Part shown: piece by piece, positions 30,080 to 39,742 of the stretch
Layout: every line of letters begins with the position of its first letter
Position numbering within the stretch: the stretch's first letter is position 1
From: Dehalococcoidia bacterium
GTDB taxonomy: Bacteria; Chloroflexota; Dehalococcoidia; UBA2979
NCBI GenBank assembly: GCA_963667465.2
Contig: CAXXDN010000002.1
Coordinates: forward strand, 1,536,001 to 1,600,000
Direction: 5' to 3'
Length of the DNA stretch: 64,000 nucleotides
Notes under the pieces: generated by a model
The model's database searches: none
The model's input: only the letters and a program-made list of their open reading frames with translations
Told to the model about the DNA's origin: nothing
Translations under genes and position numbers: made by a program

Positions 30080-30220
30080 GCTTGGCCTCGATTCGGAGAG
30101 CGTCCCGAGGGGCTCCGGCCGCCCCCGCCGGGGTGGCGCTCGGCGGCGCGGTCCGGTATCTCTCAGTCTACCAGTGCGGCCGGCCAACCTCCGCCGCAGC
30201 GCCTCTGAGAGGATGCGACC

Positions 30221-30724
30221 ATGACGACCAGTTCCTCCGGCGTCGATACCCGCATGTTCCGCAATGTCTGCGGCAACTTCGCGACCGGCGTCTCCGTGAT
30301 CACGATGATCGGCGACGATGGTCCGCGCGGCCTGACGGCGAACGCGATCTCCGCGCTCTCGCTGGAGCCGACGCTCTTCCTCGTTTGCGTCGACCTCAAG
30401 GCCACCTCCTACCCGGTGATCGACCAGGCGGGCAAGTTCGCGATCAACATCCTGGCCGACGACCAGGAGTCCGTCTGCAACTTCTTCGCCGGCACCACCT
30501 CGCCCGACAACCCGATGGGCGACACGGCGTACCACCTGAGCGACCTCGGCTCGCCGCTGATCGAGGGGTCCATCGCCTGGCTGGACTGCCGCACGCACAA
30601 CATCCTCGACGGCGGCGACCACAAGATCTTCGTCGGCGAGGTCGCCAGTTGCGAGATCGTCCGCCCGGACGCGGACCCGCTGCTCTTCTTCCGCGGCAAG
30701 TACCGCGCCATCGCCCCGCAGTAG
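30221..30724 (+). CDS. Flavin reductase family protein
   Basis: FATGVSVIT, SLEPTL, GGDHKIFVGEV. Confidence 0.93.
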   Translation: MTTSSSGVDTRMFRNVCGNFATGVSVITMIGDDGPRGLTANAISALSLEPTLFLVCVDLKATSYPVIDQAGKFAINILADDQESVCNFFAGTTSPDNPMGDTAYHLSDLGSPLIEGSIAWLDCRTHNILDGGDHKIFVGEVASCEIVRPDADPLLFFRGKYRAIAPQ

Positions 30725-30823
30725 CCGTCGCGGCAGGGACCAAACCGGCTCCTGCGTCCCTCGCCGGTGAGTGCGGGGCGCTGATACACTCGATCTGCGC
30801 GGCCCGTGGCCGCGGCGCGGCGT

Positions 30824-30901
30824 GGTGGGTGTCGCCTAGCGGTCAAAGGCGCCAGGTTGTGGCCCTGGAGATCGGGGGTTCAAATCCCCTCACCCACCCC
30901 A
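30824..30901 (+). tRNA. tRNA-His (GTG at 30859-30861)
   Basis: G-1 plus GTGGGTG/CACCCAC acceptor, CCAGG/CCTGG anticodon stem, GGTTCAAATCC, encoded CCA. Confidence 0.95.
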
Positions 30902-30961
30902 TCCATCGCACTGCTCGGGCTTGCGGTGACTGGCGTTCCGCTCGCATGGACAGGACTCCTG

Positions 30962-32170
30962 ATGCGACGAGCGCGCACCGCCGGCGCGGCCATACTTGCC
31001 CTGCTGTTCGCCGTGCTGATCGCCGCCTGCCAGGACGGCGAGGGGCCGGCGGCCGAGCCGTCCGCGACCGACGCCGAGGTGGGCGCCGCCGTCGCCGCCC
31101 GGCTGATGACCGTCGGCGAGCCGCTCGGCACCATCGTCGAGTCGCGGGCCGCGGCCATCGTCCCCGGCCTCCAGGTGGCGCTAAACCCGACCGTCGTCGC
31201 GGTCATCTCCAGCGCCGTCGAGGCCGCCGACGAGCGCCTCAGCTCCATCGCCGAGGTCGCGGGCATGGAACCCGCGGCCTTCGCCGAGCTCTGGGACGCC
31301 GACCGCAACGACGCCTTCGCGCGCTTCGCCGCGGGCATCGCAGCGGCCGAAGACCCGAGCGCCATCGCCGACGATCTGTTCATCGACCTGCCCGTCGCGC
31401 TGCCGGTGCACCCCGAGGGTGAACTCCTCGGATCAGTCTTGACGCGGCGGACGAACGGCGAGCTCGAGTTCTTCATCGTCTACGACACGCCCGGCGCGCA
31501 AATCGATGCCGAGCGGCTCGTCGGCGAGCAGGTGGACCAGTCGCCGTGGCAGGTGACGGGCGCCAGCTCGAACGAGGACCTCGGCGTCTTCCAGTTCCAG
31601 AACACGATCAGCGCCGACGTCACCGGCCTCGCCTGGATCCTGCCGCGCACGCCCGATCCGGACGCGCCGGACGATGCAACCGAGGCAGAGGGGAACGGCG
31701 ACGGCGACGCTGCCGGGGATGGCGCCGCTGTCACGGCGGAGCCGGACCCCAGCTCGACGGTCATCTACCTGATCCAGACCCAGCCCGCGATCCCGCCGGA
31801 GGAGCCCGAGTACGAACTGCCGGAGTATGGACGGACGCTGCCCGACCGGTTCCCCGCCGCCTCCCTGATCGAGGGCGACCAGATCGTGACGGAGCTGTTC
31901 TGGAGCAGCCAGCCCGGCGCCTCCGGGTACCAGCTGACGGTACTCGCGGCAGGATCATCGTTCGAGATCGCGGACCTCTACCGCGAGCGGATCGAAGCCG
32001 AGGGCTGGGAGATCATCGAGGATCAGGCAGTGGGCTTCTCGACGATCCTCGAATTCGCCTCGGAGGACAGGGCACTGCAGGGCTCGGCCTCGTTCGACAC
32101 GTTCGAGGAAAACGAGGACTACACGCAGATCAGACTGCAGATCCAGAGCGCGGGAACGTCGCCGAACTGA
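30962..32170 (+). CDS. Acidic hypothetical lipoprotein
   Basis: Lipobox LIAAC; coding-like codon usage. Confidence 0.7.
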   Translation: MRRARTAGAAILALLFAVLIAACQDGEGPAAEPSATDAEVGAAVAARLMTVGEPLGTIVESRAAAIVPGLQVALNPTVVAVISSAVEAADERLSSIAEVAGMEPAAFAELWDADRNDAFARFAAGIAAAEDPSAIADDLFIDLPVALPVHPEGELLGSVLTRRTNGELEFFIVYDTPGAQIDAERLVGEQVDQSPWQVTGASSNEDLGVFQFQNTISADVTGLAWILPRTPDPDAPDDATEAEGNGDGDAAGDGAAVTAEPDPSSTVIYLIQTQPAIPPEEPEYELPEYGRTLPDRFPAASLIEGDQIVTELFWSSQPGASGYQLTVLAAGSSFEIADLYRERIEAEGWEIIEDQAVGFSTILEFASEDRALQGSASFDTFEENEDYTQIRLQIQSAGTSPN

Positions 32171-32279
32171 TCCCGACAGGCGCGCGGGGCGGCGTGCCTG
32201 TGCAAGAATGCCAATCGGTCCCGCCCTCGCCGTCCCGAAGCGACCCCGAGGCGCGGCGCCGGGAAACGGCGGCGTCGCC

Positions 32280-32687
32280 GTGAACGCACAGACCTGCGGA
32301 TTCGGATCGGGCTTCCTGCGGCGCGGCTGCAGTCGCGACGCCATCACCGACTGCGTCTACTGCGGCCGCCCGTTCTGCGAGGAGCACGGCGAGCGCGCCG
32401 AGGACTACATGGACGTCTGCGCCGGCAAGCGCTGCAGCGAGAAGCTGCACGACCTGCGAGCGCACGCGGAGTGGCGCAGCCGCGTGTCCGCGGCGAATCG
32501 CATGAGCGTGTGCGCGGTGGAGAACTGCGCGGAGCGGATGCGTCACCAGTGCTCGCGCTGCCGGATGCTGTTCTGTCGCGAGCACATCCGCGAACGAGAG
32601 ATCGCGGACCACTCGGTGCAGCCGCCCGCGAAGGTGCTGGCTGTCGTCTGCACCCACTGCCAGGAGCGCCGCAAGCTCTGGGACTGA
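32280..32687 (+). CDS. Cys/His-rich zinc-finger protein (AN1/B-box-like motifs; start approximate)
   Basis: Two CxxC-x4-CxxH motifs (CVYCGRPFCEEH, CSRCRMLFCREH) and terminal CTHC. Confidence 0.7.
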   Translation: MNAQTCGFGSGFLRRGCSRDAITDCVYCGRPFCEEHGERAEDYMDVCAGKRCSEKLHDLRAHAEWRSRVSAANRMSVCAVENCAERMRHQCSRCRMLFCREHIREREIADHSVQPPAKVLAVVCTHCQERRKLWD

Positions 32688-32841
32688 CCGCCGGACCTCG
32701 CCGAGGTGGCGCGAGGGCGTGCAGCCGCCGAACACGTGCCACAGTGCGGACCCCACCCTCATCTGCACCCACTGCGCGGAGCGGCCTCGGAGCTGGAGCT
32801 GAGCGAGGAGTACCGCCCGGTGCGAGGGCGCGGCTCTTCGC

Positions 32842-34524
32842 TCAGGACTCGCCGCTTGTGAGGTAGCTCGCCGGCCGGTGCTCCGCGATCGGGTCGGTGT
32901 CCGGCGCGAGCCGACTCGAGCGCACCAGCCCGCGCTGCACGTCCGCCGCGACCGCGAGTGGGCGTCCGGCCAGCGCCTCGGCGGCGACTGCGCCCGAGGG
33001 GTCGACAACGTACGCGCCGCCTGCTTCCTCGGAACCTGCGGACGCCGCGAGCCACACACGGTTCTCCGCGGCCCGTGACCGCGCGAGGGCGCGCACCGCC
33101 TCGGGCGCGAAACCGGGCAGCGGCTGCGCGCACCAGACCAGCAACTCCGCGCCCTGTAGCCGCAGCCCGCGCGCCGGCTCCGGCGCGAGCGCGTCGCCGG
33201 CGAGCAGCAGCCCGATCCGTCCGAGGCGCGTCTCCACCAGCGGCGGCGGGTCGGCGCCGGGGCTGTAGCCGGCCGCCCGCTCCGCCTCGTCGAGGTGCGC
33301 CTGCCGGCAGGACGCGATCACCTCGCCGCCGTCGAGCAGCGAGAGCCGCTTGCAGGTGGCCGCGCCGTCGCGCTCGGCGAGGCCGACGGCGAGCATCACG
33401 CCGGCGTCCGCGCTGAGCGTCCGCAGCAACGGCAGCAGCTCACCCTCGTCCAGCGCGTGCGCGTCCGTCCTCGCGAGATCCGGCAACACGACGAGCTCCG
33501 CGCCCTGCGTGGCGAGCGTGGTGACGAGGGCGCGCAGCCGCTCCATCAGCGCCACGGCCGACGGCGAGACCTCGATGGCCGCAGCAGCCACCCGGACGAC
33601 CTGCGCGTCCGCGGGCGCGGCCGGCTCGGTCAGCGAGTCACCGGAGACCGCCGCCGCGCCGTACAGCTCGATGCGCGGGGCGACGGGCGGCCCGTTCGCC
33701 TCGTCGAGGTCGATGACAGCGTGCACGATCCCCGGGCTATCGCTCGGCGCCTGCGCGCGCCAGCGTCCGCTCGGGTCGACGACACCGCTGCGTCCGGCAT
33801 AGACGATGCTGTCCGCCTCGACGCCGACCTTGTCGGCGGCGGCGATCCAGGCGCCGTTCTCGATTGCCCGCGCCGCCAGCATGTAGTCGACCTGCGGGTT
33901 GGAGAGCGCCGCCGGGTCGCGGCCCGAGGAGACCCACGCCGTGCAGTCCAGGAGCAGCTCGGCGCCGCCAAGGGCAAGCTCGCGCGTGATCTCCGGCAGG
34001 CGGCCGTCCGAGCAGATGAACAGCCCGGCCTGGCCCACCGCCTCGGCAGTTCCCGCACCGGCCGCCTTGACGGCGATCGGTGCTCCCGCCTCGCCGGGCG
34101 CGAACCAGTGGCGATCGAAGTGCCAGAGGAAGCGCTTGGGCTGTCGGGCCGCCACGCGTCCGTCGCGCCCGAACAGCACCGCCACGTTGCGCAGCAGGCC
34201 GTCGCTCGCCGCGTCGTCGCCGCCCCGCTGCACGAGGCCGACCGCGATCGCGCAGCCGTGGCGCGCCGCGTGCTCCCCGAGGACGTCCTCGACCTCCTCG
34301 TCGGCGTAGACGTTGGCCGCCTCGTAGGCCTCACGCGAGTGCAGGTAGTAGGCCGGATAGCTCGCTTCGGGGAGCACGATCAGGTCTGGCGCTCCGCCCG
34401 AGGAGCCGGCCGCGGCCTCGTCGATGCGGCGCAGCAGTTCCTCCCAGGCCGCCTCGTGGTCGGCCAGCTCGAAGGCGGGGAGTTGCAACAGGGCGAGGCG
34501 CAGCGTGCGGCCGCCGTCGGTCAT
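32842..34524 (-). CDS. Two-domain carbon-nitrogen hydrolase (nitrilase superfamily)
   Basis: LIVLPE, ICSDGRLPE, ARAIENG; second copy LVVLPD, RAAENRV. Confidence 0.88.
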   Translation of the reverse strand: MTDGGRTLRLALLQLPAFELADHEAAWEELLRRIDEAAAGSSGGAPDLIVLPEASYPAYYLHSREAYEAANVYADEEVEDVLGEHAARHGCAIAVGLVQRGGDDAASDGLLRNVAVLFGRDGRVAARQPKRFLWHFDRHWFAPGEAGAPIAVKAAGAGTAEAVGQAGLFICSDGRLPEITRELALGGAELLLDCTAWVSSGRDPAALSNPQVDYMLAARAIENGAWIAAADKVGVEADSIVYAGRSGVVDPSGRWRAQAPSDSPGIVHAVIDLDEANGPPVAPRIELYGAAAVSGDSLTEPAAPADAQVVRVAAAAIEVSPSAVALMERLRALVTTLATQGAELVVLPDLARTDAHALDEGELLPLLRTLSADAGVMLAVGLAERDGAATCKRLSLLDGGEVIASCRQAHLDEAERAAGYSPGADPPPLVETRLGRIGLLLAGDALAPEPARGLRLQGAELLVWCAQPLPGFAPEAVRALARSRAAENRVWLAASAGSEEAGGAYVVDPSGAVAAEALAGRPLAVAADVQRGLVRSSRLAPDTDPIAEHRPASYLTSGES

Positions 34525-34575
34525 CGCGCCCTCTCCTCCAACCGACCGGGCCGGCCGGTCAGACCGCGCGGGCGC

Positions 34576-35352
34576 TCAGCCCTCGACCACCGGGTTGCGC
34601 AGCACCCCGACGCCGCCGACCTCGACCGCGACGATGTCGCCGTCGGCGAGTTGGTGCGTCTCGCCGGGTGTGCCGGTGAAGATCAGGTCACCACGCTCGA
34701 GCGTCATCGCGCTCGAGATCTGCGCGATGCAGCGCCGGATCGAGTGGATCAGGTCGGCCGTCGTTGCGTTCTGGATCTCCTCGCCGTTGAGTCGCACCGC
34801 AATCGGGATCGTCTCCGGGTCGAGGTCGGTCGCGATCCAGGGGCCGACGGCGGTGAAGGTGTCGGCGGACTTGGCGCGCCACCACTGGAGATCGCCACGC
34901 TGCCACGGGCGCGCGGAGACGTCGTTGCCGCAGGTGTAGCCGAGGACGTAGTCGTCCACGCGCTCCTCGGGGATGTTGCGCCCGCGGCGGCCGATCACCG
35001 CAACCACTTCGCCCTCCTCGTCGACGCGGCCGGCGCCGGGCGGCAGCACGATCGCCTCGCCGGGGCCGATCACGGAGCTCGGCGTCTTGATGAACGGTTC
35101 CGGCTGCGCGGGCGCCGGGCGCGCGCCCGCCGATTGCGCCGCGCCGGAATCGAGGTGGCTGCGATAGTTGAGGCCGATCGCGAGCACCTTCGATGGGCGC
35201 GTCGGCGCGAGCAGGCGCGCCTCCTCGAGCGGCACGACCTCCCCGCTGCGCTCGCGCCGGCCGAAGAGGCCGCCGCGGATCAGGTGCAGCGCGCCGTCCT
35301 CGACGATCGCATGCACCACCCTGCCCCGAACCCGTGCCCGTGCAAGCAGCAC
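34576..35352 (-). CDS. Fumarylacetoacetate hydrolase family protein
   Basis: IGLNY, GYTCGNDVSAR, GDLIFTGTP. Confidence 0.93.
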   Translation of the reverse strand: MLLARARVRGRVVHAIVEDGALHLIRGGLFGRRERSGEVVPLEEARLLAPTRPSKVLAIGLNYRSHLDSGAAQSAGARPAPAQPEPFIKTPSSVIGPGEAIVLPPGAGRVDEEGEVVAVIGRRGRNIPEERVDDYVLGYTCGNDVSARPWQRGDLQWWRAKSADTFTAVGPWIATDLDPETIPIAVRLNGEEIQNATTADLIHSIRRCIAQISSAMTLERGDLIFTGTPGETHQLADGDIVAVEVGGVGVLRNPVVEG

Positions 35353-35518
35353 CGCGCCCTCCTCCGGCTACGCCGCGCGCGGCTTCGCGCGGCCTCGATC
35401 ACGCCGGTGCTCATGCTACGATGCGCGGCGCCGCTCGCGGGTCACCAGCGGCGAGATCGCAGGGGATCGCGCGGCGACACAAGCCCGGCGACCCGGTCCG
35501 CACGACGAGGAGCCGCTG

Positions 35519-36721
35519 CTGCTCGGGATCCACCACACGCTCTCCCGCCGCACGGAGCCGTTCCGACCGATCGAGGATCGCCGCGTCCTCATGTATGTCT
35601 GCGGCATCACGCCCTACGACGCCGGGCACCTCGGACACGCGCTCACCTACGTCGTCTTCGACGTCGTGCGCCGCTACCTCGAGTTCCAGTCCTTCGAGGT
35701 GCGGCACATCCAGAACATCACCGACATCGACGACGACATGGTGCGCGTCTCCGCCCAGCGCGGCCTCTCCATCGCGGAGCTGACCGAGGAGACACACACC
35801 CGGTTCCTGGAGGACATGGACGCGCTCAACGTGCTGCGCCCGGACGCCTACCCAAGCGTCTCCGGAAGCATCCCCGAGATCGTCGAGCTGATCTCGCTGC
35901 TGCTGGAGCGCGGCCACGCCTACGAGGCCGCGGGCCACGTCTTCTTCGACGCACGGAGCGCGCCCGCCTTCGGCGCGCTCAGCGGCATGACGCCGGACCA
36001 GCTGCGCAACGCCCCCCGCACGGACACGATGCCCGAGGAGCCCGAGCACCTGAAGCGCGACTCGCTCGACTTCCTGCTCTGGCAGCCCTCGGACTACCCG
36101 GGCGCAGCATTCGATGCGCCCTGGGGGCGTGGCCGCCCCGGCTGGCACATCGAGTGCTCCGCGATGGCGCGCGCGAACCTCGGCGACCGGATCGACATCC
36201 ACGGCGGCGGGAGCGACCTGGTCTACCCGCACCACGAGTCCGAGATCGTGCAGTCGGAGCATGCGACGGGGGTGGCGCCGTTCGTCGGCTGCTGGATGCA
36301 TATCGGCACGCTCACGCTGGACGGCGTGAAGATGTCCAAGTCGCTCGGCAACCTCGTCAAGGTCGGCGAGCTGCTGGAGGCAGGCCACGCGCCGGACGCG
36401 ATCCGCCTCGCGCTGCTCGGCACGCACTACCGCGAAGAGCACCCCTGGATCGATGCCGTCCTCGCGCGCGCCGAGGAGCAAGCAGCGCTCCTCCGCCGCG
36501 CGGCCACGAGCACCGGAGGCCCGCCGGACCAGCTACGCGTGCAGCCGCTGCGCAACGAGTTCATGGACGCCATGGACGACGACTTCGACACCCCTCGCGC
36601 CATCGAAACCCTGCTCACCATCGCCCGCGCCCTCGAGGCCGGCGCCCTCCACGGCGCGACGGCGATTCCCGCGCTGGTCGAGCTTGCGGATGTGCTGGGG
36701 CTGCGGCTGGGCCGGGAGTAG
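35519..36721 (+). CDS. Cysteine ligase, short CysRS paralog resembling MshC (probable CTG start)
   Basis: [49 protein letters not shown]; about 400 aa; GAGGAG at 35507-35512. Confidence 0.8.
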   Translation: MLGIHHTLSRRTEPFRPIEDRRVLMYVCGITPYDAGHLGHALTYVVFDVVRRYLEFQSFEVRHIQNITDIDDDMVRVSAQRGLSIAELTEETHTRFLEDMDALNVLRPDAYPSVSGSIPEIVELISLLLERGHAYEAAGHVFFDARSAPAFGALSGMTPDQLRNAPRTDTMPEEPEHLKRDSLDFLLWQPSDYPGAAFDAPWGRGRPGWHIECSAMARANLGDRIDIHGGGSDLVYPHHESEIVQSEHATGVAPFVGCWMHIGTLTLDGVKMSKSLGNLVKVGELLEAGHAPDAIRLALLGTHYREEHPWIDAVLARAEEQAALLRRAATSTGGPPDQLRVQPLRNEFMDAMDDDFDTPRAIETLLTIARALEAGALHGATAIPALVELADVLGLRLGRE

Positions 36722-36722
36722 G

Positions 36723-37541
36723 TTAGAACCCGGGCAGCCGCGCGCGGCCCACATCGTCTCGCTCGCTAATCTTCTGCCAGAAGTCCCCGCCTCGCGGGTC
36801 CTTACTGGCGAAGACCATGTGGTAGATGCTCGCTCCAGCTCGATTTCGCGCCTGTTGGCGATCATCAAAGACTGAATATCCGATCGAGCGAAGTTGTGTC
36901 TCGTAGAGATCGAGCAGAGCGCGGTACGTCAACCTTCCCCGATGGATGCCGGGAATGAGATCGCGCCACTCAGGTGTCCCGAAGAAGCGATCGAGCCTTC
37001 CCTCCAGTGACGGCTCGCCAATGAAGCGAAGAATGTACCCGGTCATGAATGTAATGATGAGATCGACCCGCAGGTCCGCGGTCATCTCCCGAATGGCATC
37101 GAAGGAGACTTGGAACGCCGTCGGGTCAATGACGGCCAGACCCAGAGTTCCGCTTGCGGATGTCGGCGGAAAGAGGTGCTCGCGGGCGGCAACTGCAGCT
37201 TCGTTGCAATCCAACGCAGTCAATCGGACCTTCCGCGTATCTTTCTCACCGACGCGCTGCCTCAGCGCCGCGACTGCCTCAGCACTGACGTCGTTCAAGA
37301 AGAGCGCGTCGAACTCCCCTCGCCGCGCAGCCAACAGAGCTGAGCCGGGACGTTCCTCTCTACTTGCCTCATCCACACAGAGGCCCGGACCGGAGAAGAG
37401 ATCGGCATAGACCAATCTCCACCTTCTGCGCATACCTACCGTGAAGATGTCGAGGTAGCGTTCGATCAGAAAGAGCTTCGTCCGAGTCCATGGTTGCAGC
37501 GGAAAGGCAGGCAGGCCGTCACCTGCTATGAGGTCAGTCAC
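36723..37541 (-). CDS. tcmP: Three-Cys-motif partner protein (SAM-methyltransferase-like)
   Basis: WTRTKL..ERYL, YADLFSGPG, PGSAL, IDP, FFGTPEW, YHMVFASK; adjacent to DUF5131. Confidence 0.85.
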   Translation of the reverse strand: MTDLIAGDGLPAFPLQPWTRTKLFLIERYLDIFTVGMRRRWRLVYADLFSGPGLCVDEASREERPGSALLAARRGEFDALFLNDVSAEAVAALRQRVGEKDTRKVRLTALDCNEAAVAAREHLFPPTSASGTLGLAVIDPTAFQVSFDAIREMTADLRVDLIITFMTGYILRFIGEPSLEGRLDRFFGTPEWRDLIPGIHRGRLTYRALLDLYETQLRSIGYSVFDDRQQARNRAGASIYHMVFASKDPRGGDFWQKISERDDVGRARLPGF

Positions 37542-37554
37542 TGCACGATCCGCA

Positions 37555-38280
37555 TTAGGCCGGCACGCCGTCCCATGTCCGCCCGTCGAGCAGGCGGCCC
37601 GCGGCCTTCTTGCTCATCCGCATCCCCGAGGCGTCGTGGGCGCCCCATTGCTTGAAGAAGAAGGGGACGCGGGCGGCGCGGCACTGGTCGCGGATGGAGC
37701 GGGCCCACTCTGGCCGCATTGGACGGGATCGGGGTCCGCTCTCACCGCCTGCGATCACCCAGTGGATGCCATCGAGGTCGAGGTCAAGCGGGCCGAGCAG
37801 CGGCTCGCAGGAGAGGAAGCGGACACTCGCGTCGATCGTCCGCAGTTCGTCGATGCGCGTCGTCCAGCGCTGGTTCTCGACGGAGACGCCGAGCCAGATG
37901 TTGTCCGGCCACGGAAGCGCCGGCGCAAGGTCCGCAGCGCGCTCCGGCCGCTTGGTGAGCACCTGGAACTTGTGCCAGTGCGCTCGCTCCATCACGTCGA
38001 ACACCTCGGCGACGAAGGAATCGGCGACCTCCTCGTGGAACAGGTCGCTCATGCTATTCACGAAGATCGTCCGCGGGCGCTTCCACTTCAGCGGCTGCTC
38101 CAGCCGCTCAGGCCGCAAGACGACGTCGAAGCCTTGCTCGTAGGGGTGCCCCGGCACACCACGGAAGCGCTCCGCGAAGCGCTTCGCGTAGCAGTTGGCG
38201 CAGCCGGGTGAGAGCTGCGTGCAACCCGTCACCGGGTTCCACGTCGCCTCGGTCCACTCAATCGCGCTGCGGTCGGCCAT
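37555..38280 (-). CDS. DUF5131 / phage Gp37-Gp68 family three-Cys protein
   Basis: IEWTEATWNPVTGCTQLSPGCANCYA, FVNSMSDLFH, GGESG, FFKQWG. Confidence 0.93.
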   Translation of the reverse strand: MADRSAIEWTEATWNPVTGCTQLSPGCANCYAKRFAERFRGVPGHPYEQGFDVVLRPERLEQPLKWKRPRTIFVNSMSDLFHEEVADSFVAEVFDVMERAHWHKFQVLTKRPERAADLAPALPWPDNIWLGVSVENQRWTTRIDELRTIDASVRFLSCEPLLGPLDLDLDGIHWVIAGGESGPRSRPMRPEWARSIRDQCRAARVPFFFKQWGAHDASGMRMSKKAAGRLLDGRTWDGVPA

Positions 38281-38291
38281 GGCACCATCCT

Positions 38292-38305
38292 AGAACGTTT
38301 GTTCC
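38292..38305. promoter_or_regulatory. LexA (SOS) box upstream of DUF5131
   Basis: AGAACGTTTGTTCC = GAAC-N4-GTTC, 12 nt from start codon. Confidence 0.75.
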
Positions 38306-38404
38306 GCACACTGTACCCCGCGACACCCGCCGAATGCTACACCCCGCGCCGCTCCGCGCGCGCTGTAGTACGCTCGATAACCTGCTAGGGCCTGGGAGGG
38401 CACT

Positions 38405-39742
38405 GTGCTCGAAATCGGCGGCGGTCTGCTCGCCGTCCTTTTCCTTGTGTTGCTCAACGGCTTCTTCGTCGCTGCCGAGTTCGCGCTCGTCACCGTGCGA
38501 AGCACGCGCGTGCAGCAGCTCCTCGCCGAGGGGGCGCCCGGCTCGCGCAATGTCGACGACGGCATCCGCAACCTCGACAGCTACATCGCCGCCTGCCAGT
38601 TCGGCATCACCCTCGCCAGCCTCGCCCTCGGCTGGATCGGCGAGCCCGCGCTGGCCGGCCTGGTCGAGCCCGTCGTCGGCCCGATCGGCGGGCACGCCGT
38701 CGCCGTGGCGATCGCCTTCACCATCATCACCGCGCTGCACGTGATCGCCGGCGAGCTGGCGCCGAAGGGCGTCGCGCTGCAGTACCCGGAGCGCGTCGCG
38801 CTGCTCATCGCCGGCCCGCTGCGGCTCTTCCGCGCCGCGTTCCGCCCCGCGATCTGGATCCTCAACGAGAGCGGCTGGGCTGCCTCGAAGCTGCTCGGCG
38901 TGAGCCGCGACGTCGAATCCGAGAAGCACCTCGGCTCCGAGGAGCTGCGCCTCGTGGTGCGCGCGAGCCACGATGCGGGCGAGCTCAACGCACAGCAGGA
39001 GTTCATGCTGCAGCGCGTGATCCGCTTCTCCAGCCTCAACGTGGAGAGCGTGATGACCCCCCGCCCCGAGGTGATCGCGATCCCCGCCGGGACGCCCGTC
39101 GCCGAGGCGACGGCCTTCGCGAAGGAGCACCGCCACTCGCGATACCCCGTCTACCGCGACGATCTCGACAACGTGATCGGCGTGCTGCACGCGCGCGACC
39201 TCTTGCTCGTCGAGGGCGACGCCTCGCTGGACTCGCTGACCCGTGAGCCGCTGATGGTCCCGGCGCAGATGAGCGTGCAGGAGCTGCTGCGCCTGATGCG
39301 CGTGCGCCGCACGCAGATCGCCATCGCCGTCGACGAGTACGGCGGCACCGACGGCATCGTCACCCTCGAGAACGTGCTCGAGGAGATCGTCGGCGAGTTG
39401 CAAGACGAGTTCGAGGTTCCCGAGGAGGCCGCCGTGCGCCGCCCCGGCGGCATCGTGCGCATCGACGCCGCCGAGAGCGTGGACGCGCTCGGCGAGCTGC
39501 TCGGCATCGAGGTCGAGCCCGGTCCCTACAAGACGGTGGCGGGCCTGCTGCTGGAGCACCTGCGCGAGATCCCGCAAGTCGGCGACACGATCGACCTCGG
39601 CGGCTACGAGTTCGCGATCGCCGAGATGGACGACCTGCGCATCGCGGCCGTCGAGGCGCGACAGCTCGCCGAGGACGAGGCGCCGGAGGGCGCGGACGGT
39701 TCGGCAGGGGCTGCCGCGACGACTCGCGAGACCGTCCCCTGA
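38405..39742 (+). CDS. Hemolysin/CorC (DUF21-CBS-CorC) family protein
   Basis: NGFFVAAEFAL, GELAPK, HSRYPV, VDEYGGTDGIVTLE. Confidence 0.93.
   Translation: MLEIGGGLLAVLFLVLLNGFFVAAEFALVTVRSTRVQQLLAEGAPGSRNVDDGIRNLDSYIAACQFGITLASLALGWIGEPALAGLVEPVVGPIGGHAVAVAIAFTIITALHVIAGELAPKGVALQYPERVALLIAGPLRLFRAAFRPAIWILNESGWAASKLLGVSRDVESEKHLGSEELRLVVRASHDAGELNAQQEFMLQRVIRFSSLNVESVMTPRPEVIAIPAGTPVAEATAFAKEHRHSRYPVYRDDLDNVIGVLHARDLLLVEGDASLDSLTREPLMVPAQMSVQELLRLMRVRRTQIAIAVDEYGGTDGIVTLENVLEEIVGELQDEFEVPEEAAVRRPGGIVRIDAAESVDALGELLGIEVEPGPYKTVAGLLLEHLREIPQVGDTIDLGGYEFAIAEMDDLRIAAVEARQLAEDEAPEGADGSAGAAATTRETVP

Noticed and set aside
30824-32170. Genomic island at tRNA-His or tRNA-Sec
   Set aside because: No integrase and no duplicated tRNA 3' end seen in the window
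32685-32802. Selenocysteine read-through of the zinc-finger TGA into the duplicated tail
   Set aside because: The duplicated tail is in a different frame and no SECIS-like element was evident
37555-38280. Prophage, suggested by the Gp37/Gp68 family name
   Set aside because: No other phage genes; flanked by host genes
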